A DNA stretch of 64,000 nucleotides from Diadema antillarum (Eukaryota). Each line of letters begins with the position of its first letter. Position 1 is the stretch's first letter. The stretch covers positions 248,001-312,000 of the forward strand of contig NW_027270942.1 of assembly GCF_040938485.1 (NCBI RefSeq), written 5' to 3'. The notes under the pieces were generated by a model. It saw only the letters and a list, made by a program, of their open reading frames with translations. It searched no databases and was not told where the DNA came from. A program made the position numbers and the translations under genes. Shown one piece after another: positions 1 to 11,428 of the stretch.

Positions 1-2063
1 AATATGATCCACATAAACTGCCAATATCTTGATTTTGGTTTATTTTCAACTGCAAAACTTTGTTAGAAGGTACAGAAAATAATTACTGTCCTAGGTATGA
101 AAACTTAAAAATTTGAGTCAGTCAACCAAAATGACATATTTTGGTCCATTACAGAGAATACTAAACTGCGAATTTTTGTGAGTTTTGAGCTGGGCAGTCA
201 CGTATGATTGATATCAATGTGTAGCCATTTTAATGATATAATGTGGTCATGCTACTTGTACCCTATGTGTTTCAGATCCGTGAAAAGTCATTAATTTCAC
301 ATTTTTAGATGGACAAAAAGTAGCCTCATGATGATGGGGGATTTGTTTCTTGGCATGCCTTGAATGTAGGTCAGATATTTCTTCATTGTGTCTTTTTTTT
401 TCTTTTTTTTCGCCGATGTGCACGAGTGATATGCCATTCCCTACTTAAAGTACAAGCAAATAAGATAAAAATACAAATAATTACCACCTCATGTTGCCGT
501 GGTGACCATGACAATTTCCCTGTCAAATCTGTGTGTGACAAGATCCACGTAAACATGAAAGTAGTCCAAGTTAGGCGACTTAATCTTGTTTATATCATGC
601 ATGCAACCAATGTGTACATTTTTTTAAAATAGAGAGAATCTTGCTCATACTTAATCAACATTCTTTATACTTAATAGATGTAATTATAATGTACGAGCAA
701 TGAGCCCTCAACTGTACTATTTTCTCCCTGTATGTTTTAATGAGCAAATGTTCATGTCTTGGAGATGTTGCCCACTCCAATGTTGTGGCAGGCCACATCT
801 GGGATGGCAATATGAGTATACCTTACAAATTTCTTTCTTGGTATGGCTCATGCTGAAACATATATCTCTCCTCACCACACATCAGGAGACTCGCATTATA
901 ACAAAGTCCTTGGGACCGGCAGTTTTCTTTCATTATATCAAAACTTTGTAATAACCGAAGGTTTGCACCTTAGACTCTAATGAGTATAATTTTTGTGTCC
1001 TGAATTTTTAATTTGTATTAAACAAAATTGCTTTATAACTGTGTTTGCTGTAACAGGAGCATCTTGTACTACTTTGCAGGTGCCCAGTATATATCCACTC
1101 AATAGTTTTTAGACTTTAATCACATTCTATTTGACAGAATTCAGTGTCCCAGAATCAGCAAATGACATCAGGATTGTCCATGCAAATTGCAAATTGACTG
1201 AGAAATGTTGTACTCAAACTATGGTGCTGTTGATGTGGTTAATTTGTTAATAAAGCAACTGTTTCATTTACTGTTCAAGTAACATATGAGTAGTCTTAAT
1301 GCAAGACACACTCACTGCTGATACTAACTAGCCAAGATTGTGTGTGTGCATAGTTTTCGTCAATTTCACCTATGATGTGGGAAATTTAAACATGTAGTCA
1401 AATGCAATTTTGGCAAGAGAGCAAGAGGTGCATTTACTATAATTGCCATCATCTCTTTTAAAGTATGTGTGTTTCCTTTATCGCCATAGCGACTCTGCTA
1501 AGTAGCACCAAGTTGAAAGCTTTTACCTACCACTAGCGTCCATTATGGTCTTGTGCAATGGCCCCTTATGTATCTATTTATTGTTCAATGTGAAGTAACT
1601 TATTGATTATGCTCTTCCCATCTACTTACTGACCTGTGCTATGGGCACGCTGTACCACAGTTGAAACAGCAGTGAGGTGAATCCTGCCTCATTAGGAACA
1701 TGGAGGAAAATTAGGTCTTGTTCATTGCACACCTGTTTCGGGCAGCAGAGACATCATGGCTTGAAGAGAGAGTAATGAGGAATATCTGTATTTTGTGTCG
1801 TTTCGTGGCCTTGTATTATGAATTCATTATATCGTGTGATATTTCCACGCATGTGGTGTGGAAAACAGTTGGTGAAAATGACAAATATTCTGCTAAAACA
1901 CACCCTCAGAGTAAGAATTCCAAATGACATGGCCATGCTGCATAAGAGTTTTAGAAAAAGAATTCTCCCCTCATTACCCAAGTCGATAGATGTAAGCAGA
2001 AAATTGTTGTTTTTCAGTGCAGCAGATTTACTGAAGCAGAGTCGATGCACAAGGGAAAGAGTA

Positions 2064-2264
2064 CTGTAAAAGTGGTTTCTTTCGCGGTGGTTTTATTTTC
2101 GCGCTTTGAGGTTGAACCACGAATTTAACATCACGTGAAAATGTTTTGAGCTCGTCGCTTGTATAACGCTATCATTACCGACCGCGAATTTAAACACACG
2201 CGAAAAAGTCCACACCGATGGAAACCGCGAAAGTTTTTGTACGCGAAAGAAACCACTTTTACAG
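2064..2264. mobile_element. Tc1/mariner-type MITE
   Basis: Perfect ~23-bp terminal inverted repeats CTGTAAAAGTGGTTTCTTTCGCG / CGCGAAAGAAACCACTTTTACAG; TA on both flanks; no ORF. Confidence 0.85.
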
Positions 2265-3581
2265 TAGTTCTCATACCAATCCACTCTGTGGAGAGGAATG
2301 AATAGATAGCAGGTTTGGAAGTTGAGGTGAGAAAGGGGACTTCAAAGTTCATTCAAAGTTCATTCAAAGTTTACTACAATGTCTACTTTCCAAAAGGAGC
2401 CCATTGAAAAGCTCTATTCCTAATTGATGCTCCTCACAGGGAACACAAAGACATTTTTTTTTTTCAATGCTTGATCCTGCTGTTCTGATATAAAATTTTG
2501 TCTGTATCTGAATGTTTTTGTGGAGATTCTTCCTGGATTGTAGCCAAGACATCATGGTCATTAGACTCTTGTTATTGTATTCTCATCATCATCATTACAA
2601 AAAAAAAAATAATAAAAATGATAGTAACCAGAGCACTCTGGGAGTGCAGACCTCTGCCAAGCTACTCATTTCCACCACTGATCTTGTTCTTCCTAAGAGA
2701 TCAGTGATTTCCACCCATACATATGTATGCTGAAAATCACCTGATTTCCCAATATAAAAGCCCTTTGTTATGTCATCAACTTCCAGCTGCACGGCTCTTC
2801 GCCCTAACAGAAACTAGGGCCTGCACTTTAGTGCACATTTGCAAATTTCAAAGTAATGTACAGCTTGAACTCCCAAGTTCATTGATCCTACCTGCCAAAA
2901 TATCAATTTTCCTTCATAGATATATGAAATTTCCCATATCACTACCAAAATTTTATCATCTGTTACATGTGTCGTTCTCAACCTTTCCTGTAAGTTCCAT
3001 CCAAATTCGTTCTCAACCTTTTGAGTTATTTTGCACACAGACAAACAAACTATCAAACAAACCAATGCTGATGAAAACATAACCTCCCTTGGCAGAGGTG
3101 ATAATGGTGTATGATGGGCATATTTTAGCTTTGGTCTGTGTTCCTTGTGAAAGTGCTGCACCAAAGTAACTTGTCCACATGGCACTGCTGACCAACTTTC
3201 ACAACTTGCCAATCTGAACTCTTGTTTTTAAAAGCATTGATGTAAATTGGTTGATTTTTCAGCATAAGGAAGTTGCAATAAATCACAAGAAAAGAAATAA
3301 GTAATTTTTTTTTAATGTCCAAGTTGGCCACAAGACGACAGGATTTCAGCGCTGCAAAACGTGGTGGGTCTCATGAATGCAATGCACAATAACTTCTGTG
3401 CAGTAGGATCTTGTAATGATTTTCAGCGATTGCCCTTGGATGTAGCAGAGCTGATTTCAATCAAGCAAGTGTGGAGGCTTTTAGAGGCATCTGTTTATGG
3501 GTGTAAGATGCATTGATGTCCATTTTGAAGGCGACATAGAGAAGCATTGCGTATACTTTCACTATTTGAGGTTTCAAGTCT

Positions 3582-4110
3582 TTATAACACATTATAGAAT
3601 GGGTAGCGAGAATCCTGCGATCTGATTGGTCGAGAGCTATGTGTTCATTTTTACTGGCCGCACGCTGAGTCACAGTGGTAAACATGTTATCGCGCACTTA
3701 GCAAGAGTACGCGTACTTGTAACAAAGGTTCGCGCACTAAAGCAAGCGTTCGCGCACTCAGCTTGGCCATGCATCCAGTAAAAACTGATGCATGGCTGGC
3801 CATGCATCCAGTAAAAACGGTAAGTACGGGTATGCATGCCCGTTTACGGAAAGCCAAAAGGAAATGCATCCAGTAATTTTGTCATCGGGTAACACGATAG
3901 AAAACTGGGTTTTTGACAAGAAAATTACCCATTCTATAAATCAAATGACGCACATGTCTTTTCGTGCGTCAGTCGGAATATAGTGTGCATGCGGTAACTA
4001 TGGAATTTAGCCTAAACCCACTCGGCTTCGCCTCGTGGGTTAAGCATTCCATAGTTACCTTATGCACACAATTCCGACTGACGCACTCAGACCTGTGCGT
4101 CATTTGTATA
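3582..4110. mobile_element. Non-autonomous foldback element with sub-terminal inverted repeats and a long terminal hairpin (superfamily uncertain)
   Basis: TATAGAATGGGTA (3593-3605) is inverted at 3926-3938. Internal repeats GGCCATGCATCCAGTAAAAAC x2 and TCGCGCACT x3. Imperfect ~165-nt hairpin 3942-4106 centred on CTCGGCTTCGCCTCG. Confidence 0.6.
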
Positions 4111-5189
4111 TCGATGAGTTCACTCTTGCTATTATGCTGCTGGATATGGTTTCAATGAAATTACACTTGTCCTCATTCATCAGAACCTTTTGTACCTCAG
4201 GTGCTCTATGCACTTGTTTCATTGCATACCACTTTCCCTTACTCATTTTCAATAATGTTGCCAAAATGAGACATGCAGAAAGGGTGATCACATTACAATT
4301 CTATCTGGTACAAAGTTACTGGTACAAAGGCAGCCATATCTTGAATTCTAAATTTCATGTGGTTGCCAAACAATGCATGGTTACCAAAGCATGCATGCAT
4401 GTGTTTGGCACAGTAAGTAAGGTGGATCTCTTCCTACGTCGCTTCTGCAAGTAATATGTTGCTGTTGTCTTTTTTCAACTTTTTTGTAGCCGTTCTCCAC
4501 GTGACATGCACAAAAGAAGACCAGAAAAAAAAAAGGCCAACCATAAACAAATCACCTCACTTATATCTAGCATAGTCAAGTGGAGTGTTGCCAGATTACA
4601 AGAGCATTGAACATGTTTACTTGTCGAAGAGACAGAACAAAATTTCAGTGTAATACAGGGGTATCATGGAAAGTCTGCCCAATGGTGTCAATACCATTCC
4701 ACAGCAGCCGTCTTCATCTGTCAACCAACAAGCTGTTGTACAGTAGACTACCTATATCTGTGCTTGTGTGTACAGTATGGTCAATCCCACCTCAAGAAAA
4801 CTTTGTGCCACAGGTATCATGCTGTGTTACATACAAGCTGGTTCATAGGATGTCTGTCTGTCTGTTTTTTTACCTTTTGTATTTTGTTCTGTAATATGCC
4901 TGCATTCTAGCCCTGTCATGGACATGTATAATATGAGAGAGTACCAGTGTGAAACCCTTTCATGTGTTGAGGAAGGTGCACACTGCAGAGAGATTAATCG
5001 GTCCTTGCAAATGACTCGGTACAGTATATGTGAAGTAATTGTTGTAGAATTACGTGCAGGGTAGCTGTAGCACAGAATCACATGCGAAATTGTAACCCAT
5101 GAGAGGAAAATTTGATCAAGTTTTAGAGGGTTCCATTCATGAGGTTAGTAAAACGTCGGTCAAATGACATCGAATGTTACAAACTCCAA

Positions 5190-5593
5190 GGGTGCATTCG
5201 AGCACTCTCCTAAAGTGAACCGAACTGTACCAAACCTGCGCTAGAGGAACGGTCAAACACTTCTGAAGTGTCCTGTACCAAACCAAACAGAGCCAAAAGT
5301 GGACCACCTTCTGCAATGTGCTCCGAAAGGGTACCAAAAGGGTACCAAAAGTCTGCATGTGAAGAATGTGCGAACACACATACATCATAATGCAAAGAAT
5401 TCTTCCTTTTTGTTTGGGACATCTGTAAGTAGTTCAAACACGACAGGTGAATGACCGTGTTGTTACAAAATGCGTGACCTCCTCTAAAAATTCATCAGAG
5501 GTGTGCTTTCTCCACAGAGAGCTTGAACGCTCCTAATCTGGCACAGTTCAGTATGGTTCGTTCTGGTTTGCTTTTGAGTGCTTGAAGGCACCC
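5190..5593. mobile_element. PIF/Harbinger-like MITE
   Basis: TIR GGGTGCATTCGAGCACTC / GAGTGCTTGAAGGCACCC (16/18); 3-bp direct repeat CAA on both flanks (5187-5189, 5594-5596). Confidence 0.6.
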
Positions 5594-5629
5594 CAACTCA
5601 TGATGTGGTCTCCTAGAACTGAACCAAAA

Positions 5630-5810
5630 TGTTCCATGACATTTGCTCCTGCGACAATTGCTCCCATAAATCTACCAACAAACATTACCCCAACCCTAAC
5701 CCTAATCCTCACACCAAACTAAACCTCAAACCCTATGACAATGCCAACCCTAATCCAAAGTCCTTGGAGAAAATAGGACGATTGTCGCAAGAGTAAATGT
5801 CATGTCATTG
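5630..5810. mobile_element. MITE with telomere-like (CCCTAA) core, older copy of the 39519-39738 family
   Basis: TIR CATGACATTTGCTCCTGCGACAAT (5635-5658) / ATTGTCGCAAGAGTAAATGTCATG (5781-5804); internal AACCCTAACCCTAA; opposite orientation to the 39519 copy; no intact TSD. Confidence 0.75.
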
Positions 5811-8800
5811 GCCTAGCATTATGTGGTTGTGAGCAAAATTAGCAATGTGTGACTCGCTGATGGCCACGTGTAGGCTGCTTGAGAACAATGATTTCCCCTT
5901 TTGTGTTTCATATGAATGGGAACCTCGAGGATGAACCTTTGTAAAGAATTGCACTGTATTCAAAGCACACTGTTCCGTCAGTAGGGCTAAGAATCTCCTT
6001 CGTCAGATAATGCTCTCATAGCGTAATGTGTTGCCATACTTCTTAGTGTGTTAATGGGATTTTGATGGGACTCTTTTAAAATTCGTAGAGGATTTAGGTT
6101 TGTAATAAAAAAAACCAAGAAATTGACATGAAATGGTTTGGTTTTTCTGTGATTTTATGTGTTTGGTCCTTTTTTATGATTCTTTTTTATGAGTTTTCGT
6201 GTGTCCGTGTGTGGTTATGTTGCTATACTCAATTCTTGGCTGGAGTAATCCTAGCCTGTATAATTCTCCAGGAAAAAAAAAAAGAAAAAAGGTTAGAAGT
6301 CCTTTACTTGTCTGACGTACTGAACCCCCCCCCCCCCCCATTATGGCTGATATAGACATTAAAACAGAACCCATACCGAACAGGTCTACAATGGTGGTGT
6401 GAAAACGTGCGACATAGCCCTTTATATTGGTCATAGTAAATCACCGACTTCTATTTCCATCTCTCTATAGAAAGGTGAGAAAGAAAGAAGTCACCGAATG
6501 ACTGGTTAGGAATTGAAGCATAACTATCTGGCATTTATTTTGGCAGACAAATGACCACTCCTCCTCTTAGTATCAAACCAAGGAAGTTTAAGAGATTGAG
6601 TTCCCACTGGCTGTAATTATTCAAGCAGTTGACAGTTTTCTATTGATGTACAAAAGAATTCCACAGGTGCATTATGTGCCTTTGATGAGCGATGTTCGAT
6701 GTCGCCGTCTTGCTGAGCAATCTGAGGATTCATTTTAAACGTGAACTTAATGTTGGCTATATTTTGCTTTTTTATCTATCAAATGAAAGGAAATCTCACT
6801 TCATGATAAAGCAATTTAAACAAGAGTCAATTCTGTCAAGAAATATTTGCAAAGTGTAAATCAGAGCTGTCTCATGTGAAAGTGTCTAAAACTGTACCCT
6901 CCTGGAAAGCCGATTTTGTCACTTTTGCACATTTTCGGCTTTGTGCCCGGGCATGCCCAGTTGAGAAATTTTCATTTCTATGTTGTCGTTTGCGCAATTT
7001 CTTTTCGCGCTCCCCCTGTCTTTACCATTATACACATCACCTAGCTTTTATTAGTAGGGGTAGCAAAAGTAATTGCCATCACAAAGACATAATTATCTAC
7101 CTTAGAAAGTGGCTGGTGATTATGCAATGAGACACGAGTTAGTTGTCTTCTTATCTACCAGACCCAGTGTCGCACGTGCTCCATATATTTTCGAGTGGCG
7201 GCATCGAATGAGAGTTCGAAGGAAATAAGACAGTTGTGACTCCATTTTCTTGAACCTCCTTCACCAAACACAACACCGCACGGGAGTACATGATGAATTT
7301 TATAGAGAGAAGGTCATTTCTCGGTCACTCCTTGAAATATGAGGATCAGACATTATATTACGAAAACGATTCAAATCCATGAACGTTCACAGCAGACAAG
7401 GCGCACTGCAAGAGAATGAGAGAGGTGTGTATACGCGCTATTTTCAGTACGATGTGATCTGGGCCTCCATTTCCTTAAAAAAAGGTATAAAAATGCTATG
7501 ATAGCATCTTTTCCTGGTATGCATGATAACGTCAAGAATCCAACTTCTGATTGGCTGTTGCTACATTTTAGCAAGAATTGCCTGATCCCCCAATGACTCT
7601 CTGATTGTCGAACGGACGAGACTGCGTCCCGCGGATTCTAATGTATGTGGTCTAAAAACTCCTTAGTTAAATCCCAAACTATACTCGGTTGTTGTCAAGT
7701 TTTGTCGGGTTTTTTTATTGATGGTGATATTAACGAGGAGAGGGGCTCTGCGCATAGCTTTCTATAAACAATCTTTAAACTCTCTACGATGATTGCTTCC
7801 ATTATATCCAGTAAGCAGAGATAGAAATTGTGACGAATGATTTATTTTAGAATTATGTCATACCTTTTCTGTCAATCATTTAAGTGCACATCGTTATCAC
7901 TTTGGTAATGTCTTACCATGCTCATTAGACTAAGAGGCTTTGAAAGATCTTAACATACACTCACTCAGAAAGAAAAAGGAAGCACTACTGAGGAGTCATT
8001 CCCTCGTTAGGTTGGAATAATCAGCTTCAATTAGCTTGCTGGGTTTGGGGTTGAGTCAGAGCCATCTCTTTGGAAAACATCTCATACGTGTTGCCATGCT
8101 GCATCCACAACATAAGCAATGAAACGGCCAAATTTCAGGCGGTCTGGCGTCATAATCAGCATTTTTGTGGATTCGTCAGTTGTTGCCCTATCCAACTCTC
8201 GATCCAAACTCTCCCTCTCTCTCTTTTCTACGATATCTCTATCCGAACGATGACAATAAGCGATTTGGCTGAAGTACCTCAATAATAGCAAAACCCATTG
8301 ACGCTTTTTCTTATTTTCAGTCCATCGCGACTGCAACTCAAGCTTATTTCTTCACCACAAAATCGATGCCTCCGCGGCGGAGAGCTATCACAAAAGACGT
8401 CTGCTCGTTTGTTACCGCTCTTTTGCAGAGGCCAGCTATTTCGGCAACCTTTCCTCCACCCCTCGGCATTGTACTCGGCCGGCGAGTCAAATCAAGAGTG
8501 TGGACTCTCTGATCGCCTCCTCTTCTCCTCCCAGGATCTCACCAAATCTCGTTTCTTTAAAATGCACTGGAAAAGGAGATAAATTAACCTCTTATTTCAA
8601 CTGTCATGAAGGACTTGATGTTTTCTCAGCATTGCTGATCTGAAGAAGCGGCTAAAAATAGGAAGTAGCCAGAAGACGAACGTTACAGAACAGGCGAAGC
8701 CGAGTCCTCGGGGAGAAGATAAAAGCTTTGTTAAGACATTTTCATCGATGGAAATTACTTGGGACCTAGTCGATGCAGTCTACGGGTATTAACGACACTT

Positions 8801-8815
8801 TTGGGGACATTTATC

Positions 8816-10373
8816 ATGGCGGAAGTCTCTAAGACGAAAGAGACGAAAGATTTTGAAGAATGCGAACCGATCGACAAAAATGACTTTATTCCCTCACTGG
8901 ACGATGCAATGACAATATTTGCCGAATACGACAACACCGTGTCTCTGTACACCCAGACTACAAGTGAGAGAGAAGAAAGATCTGTCGCCCCTGATCTTGA
9001 ACTTTTCGTCGAGAGCCGCAAACTCTATTGTGAAAAGCTGCCAGAGGGTAGAAGTGGCGAGAATAAAGCCGTAATTTTGTTTACTAATTCTCTCAGATGC
9101 GTGGATCAGCTAGCAATCGATTCTCGTCGCATTCAGGCGAATAACATTCAGAATACAGTACCGCATTCAGTGAAAGAGTCAAGGAAAGACCATGAGACCA
9201 CCTACAACAGGCCGCTAAACAAGGTCCCGGCAGGGGACAGACACTATCCGGACTGCGAAGTTGCCTGTAGCCAGACTGACGTGAATCCAGATAGAGAATC
9301 CAGCGGTGTGGTGTTGAGGAGGATCGGCGTAGAACCCGGTCCTTTCGGAGAGCAAGTGACAACACCAGGCCCCAACGAATCTCGGCAAAATCTAGCTGAG
9401 TCGAATAGAGACGGAAATAATGTCATAATGGTGCATACAGACAACGTGGATCGAGGGACTGGAAACACCGACAAAGTTCTTCACGGACACAACCATGGGA
9501 TGACTAAAAGGCGACACTCGTCGGCTAACATGGCGGGGGATGATCTCATTGGTTTCGCTAAAAAGTTGTCTGCAAAGGGATCAAATGAAAAAGACTTCGT
9601 CAAATCGTCCCCAAGGAATGACATAGACAAGAATTTAGAAAACGGACTACCTTCAAGTGTTATGAAGAGCAGTAACAACAACAACGATTCAGACTTCATA
9701 GATTCTATGTCAAAGAAAAGTCCAAGACCTACAATCACTCCCCCGAGTCACGGGTCCGTGTCCTTACCAAACACGCCCAGGGATCCACCGCTCAACGACT
9801 CCAAGCCAACCCGTCGCCCTCGCCGCTACTCGCTGGCCGACATTAGTAACATGGGTCTGAGCGTCGTCCAGGACCAATCGTTTGCACGAGAAATCCGGCA
9901 GCACCAGCTACTGCTGCAAAACAAACACCGTCAACCACCGATATGCGAGCAATCCGACAAGGCCGACGTCGAAGAGACAAACGAATCAGCGTGCGCACCG
10001 TCAAAGACTGCGGACTTGACGTCGCCCGATGAGCGAGCACGCTACCTACAGCGGCGCCGGGCGTCCCAGGGTTCGATCCCGCACATCCTCCCCAATCTAC
10101 ATCTTCCGCGATCACCAAGCATCAGCAAAAGTTCCTCCTTGGAGACCGTGTCGACGGCGACACCACTGATCAGCGTCACCGTGGATGAAGAGGTGCCGTC
10201 GTCTCCAAAGCAATCTAGCGACGACTCCACGATGTCGAATGCCGAGAGCGAGAGACGCCTTGCCATGTATCGACGAAGTAAAAGACGGTCATCATGGGCG
10301 TGTACCGGAACTCATTCGAATGTCAAACCCATCTCAACGTTGACCCTTCTTCGAGAGACCTCTTACCACGGCG
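8816..10373 (+). CDS. Large coding exon for a ~519-aa low-complexity, probably disordered Ser/Arg/Pro-rich region; probable first coding exon of the FAM124-like gene
   Basis: Stop-free frame of >1.6 kb in a CpG-rich stretch. ATG at 8816 (atcATGG) with in-frame TAA upstream at 8732. Strong phase-1 donor G|GTGAGT after 10373. No recognisable domain; 5' end uncertain. Confidence 0.7.
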
Positions 10374-11087
10374 GTGAGTATAGTTTACAGTATAACTGTG
10401 AACTTACGTGTCATCTGCACTGTTGAAGTTCGCCTATATGAAAAGTGGCATATCAATATAGTGACTCCGGTTGATACCAACACACTTCCAACAGATTAAG
10501 CCATTTCAATGGAAAATATTATGCATCGTATTTTATTCATTTATCGTGCCGTGCCCAATTCATACCCAACGCGTCAAATTATTTCATTGCTAAAGGTTAA
10601 CCCAACTGCCTGACTGAAAAGTATGAAACAATTCTCACTTTTGGGATTCTGTCACTTCTGGTGCATTCAAGATGTCATATCCTTCTACATCTGCATCAAT
10701 AAAAAAAATAGAATGATTCTAGCCAAACGTTGTGTGAAGTAATTCAGAGTGCGTAACTTGGGTGTCGAGCAGCATTTTGTAACATATTCTAGTTGGAGAA
10801 ACTGCCGCATGATTTTCACTACTTACTATCATGGTAGCTTTTATTTTTACCAAATGGATCTTTGTGATACTCTGTTTTGTAACCCAAACAGGTGTTATCA
10901 TGTCTTCCGTCTTTTTTACGTAATGCTTCAAAGCCATGAACATCGAAACGCAAAAAGTGCACGTTTTTAATATCTTTGTCAAAATACAATTACAATTCAG
11001 TCCCTTTTCGTGCCTAAACTATAATGTAATACGAATATGCATGAACAATCTTCATATTTTGTTCGAAGGTTTGCGGGGTGAAGTAAA

Positions 11088-11147
11088 TGAGGGAGAAAGA
11101 TTTGCGGTGACACCATTGATGGTGTCACCGCAAATCTTTCTCCCTCA
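11088..11147. repeat. Perfect 29-bp inverted repeat with 2-nt loop
   Basis: TGAGGGAGAAAGATTTGCGGTGACACCAT-TG-ATGGTGTCACCGCAAATCTTTCTCCCTCA. Confidence 0.95.
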
Positions 11148-11333
11148 ATCTTCATATTGATAATTATTGAGAAAGATCGAAAGTTTATTTGTATTTTGTG
11201 AGAAATAAGTATTAGGGTTATAAGAGATATAATTGATATAATAGACAAAAGAATTACAGTAAAACCGATGAAAGACTCCTCATGATTACATGTACTTGAA
11301 TTACTTGAATGTCCTAAAAGCATCGCCATAAGG

Positions 11334-11428
11334 CAGGGGCGGATCCAGGAATTCCGTAAAGCGGCGCCCCTTTGATTACAAAATTAAAGGGGGCGCACGT
11401 GCCCCCCCCCCACCTGGATGCGCCACTG
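11334..11428. mobile_element. Short degenerate MITE of the CAGGGGCGGATCCAGG family
   Basis: CAGGGGCGGATCCAGG ... CCTGGATGCGCCACTG ends; shares GGAATTCCGTAAAG with the 56097 copy. Confidence 0.7.

Noticed and set aside
1754-2050. Possible LINE 3' ORF remnant on the minus strand
   Set aside because: Resemblance too faint to support without a search.
8810-8826. YHGGS in an alternate frame at the start, matching the predicted YHG|GS splice junction
   Set aside because: Five-residue match with no further similarity; treated as coincidence.
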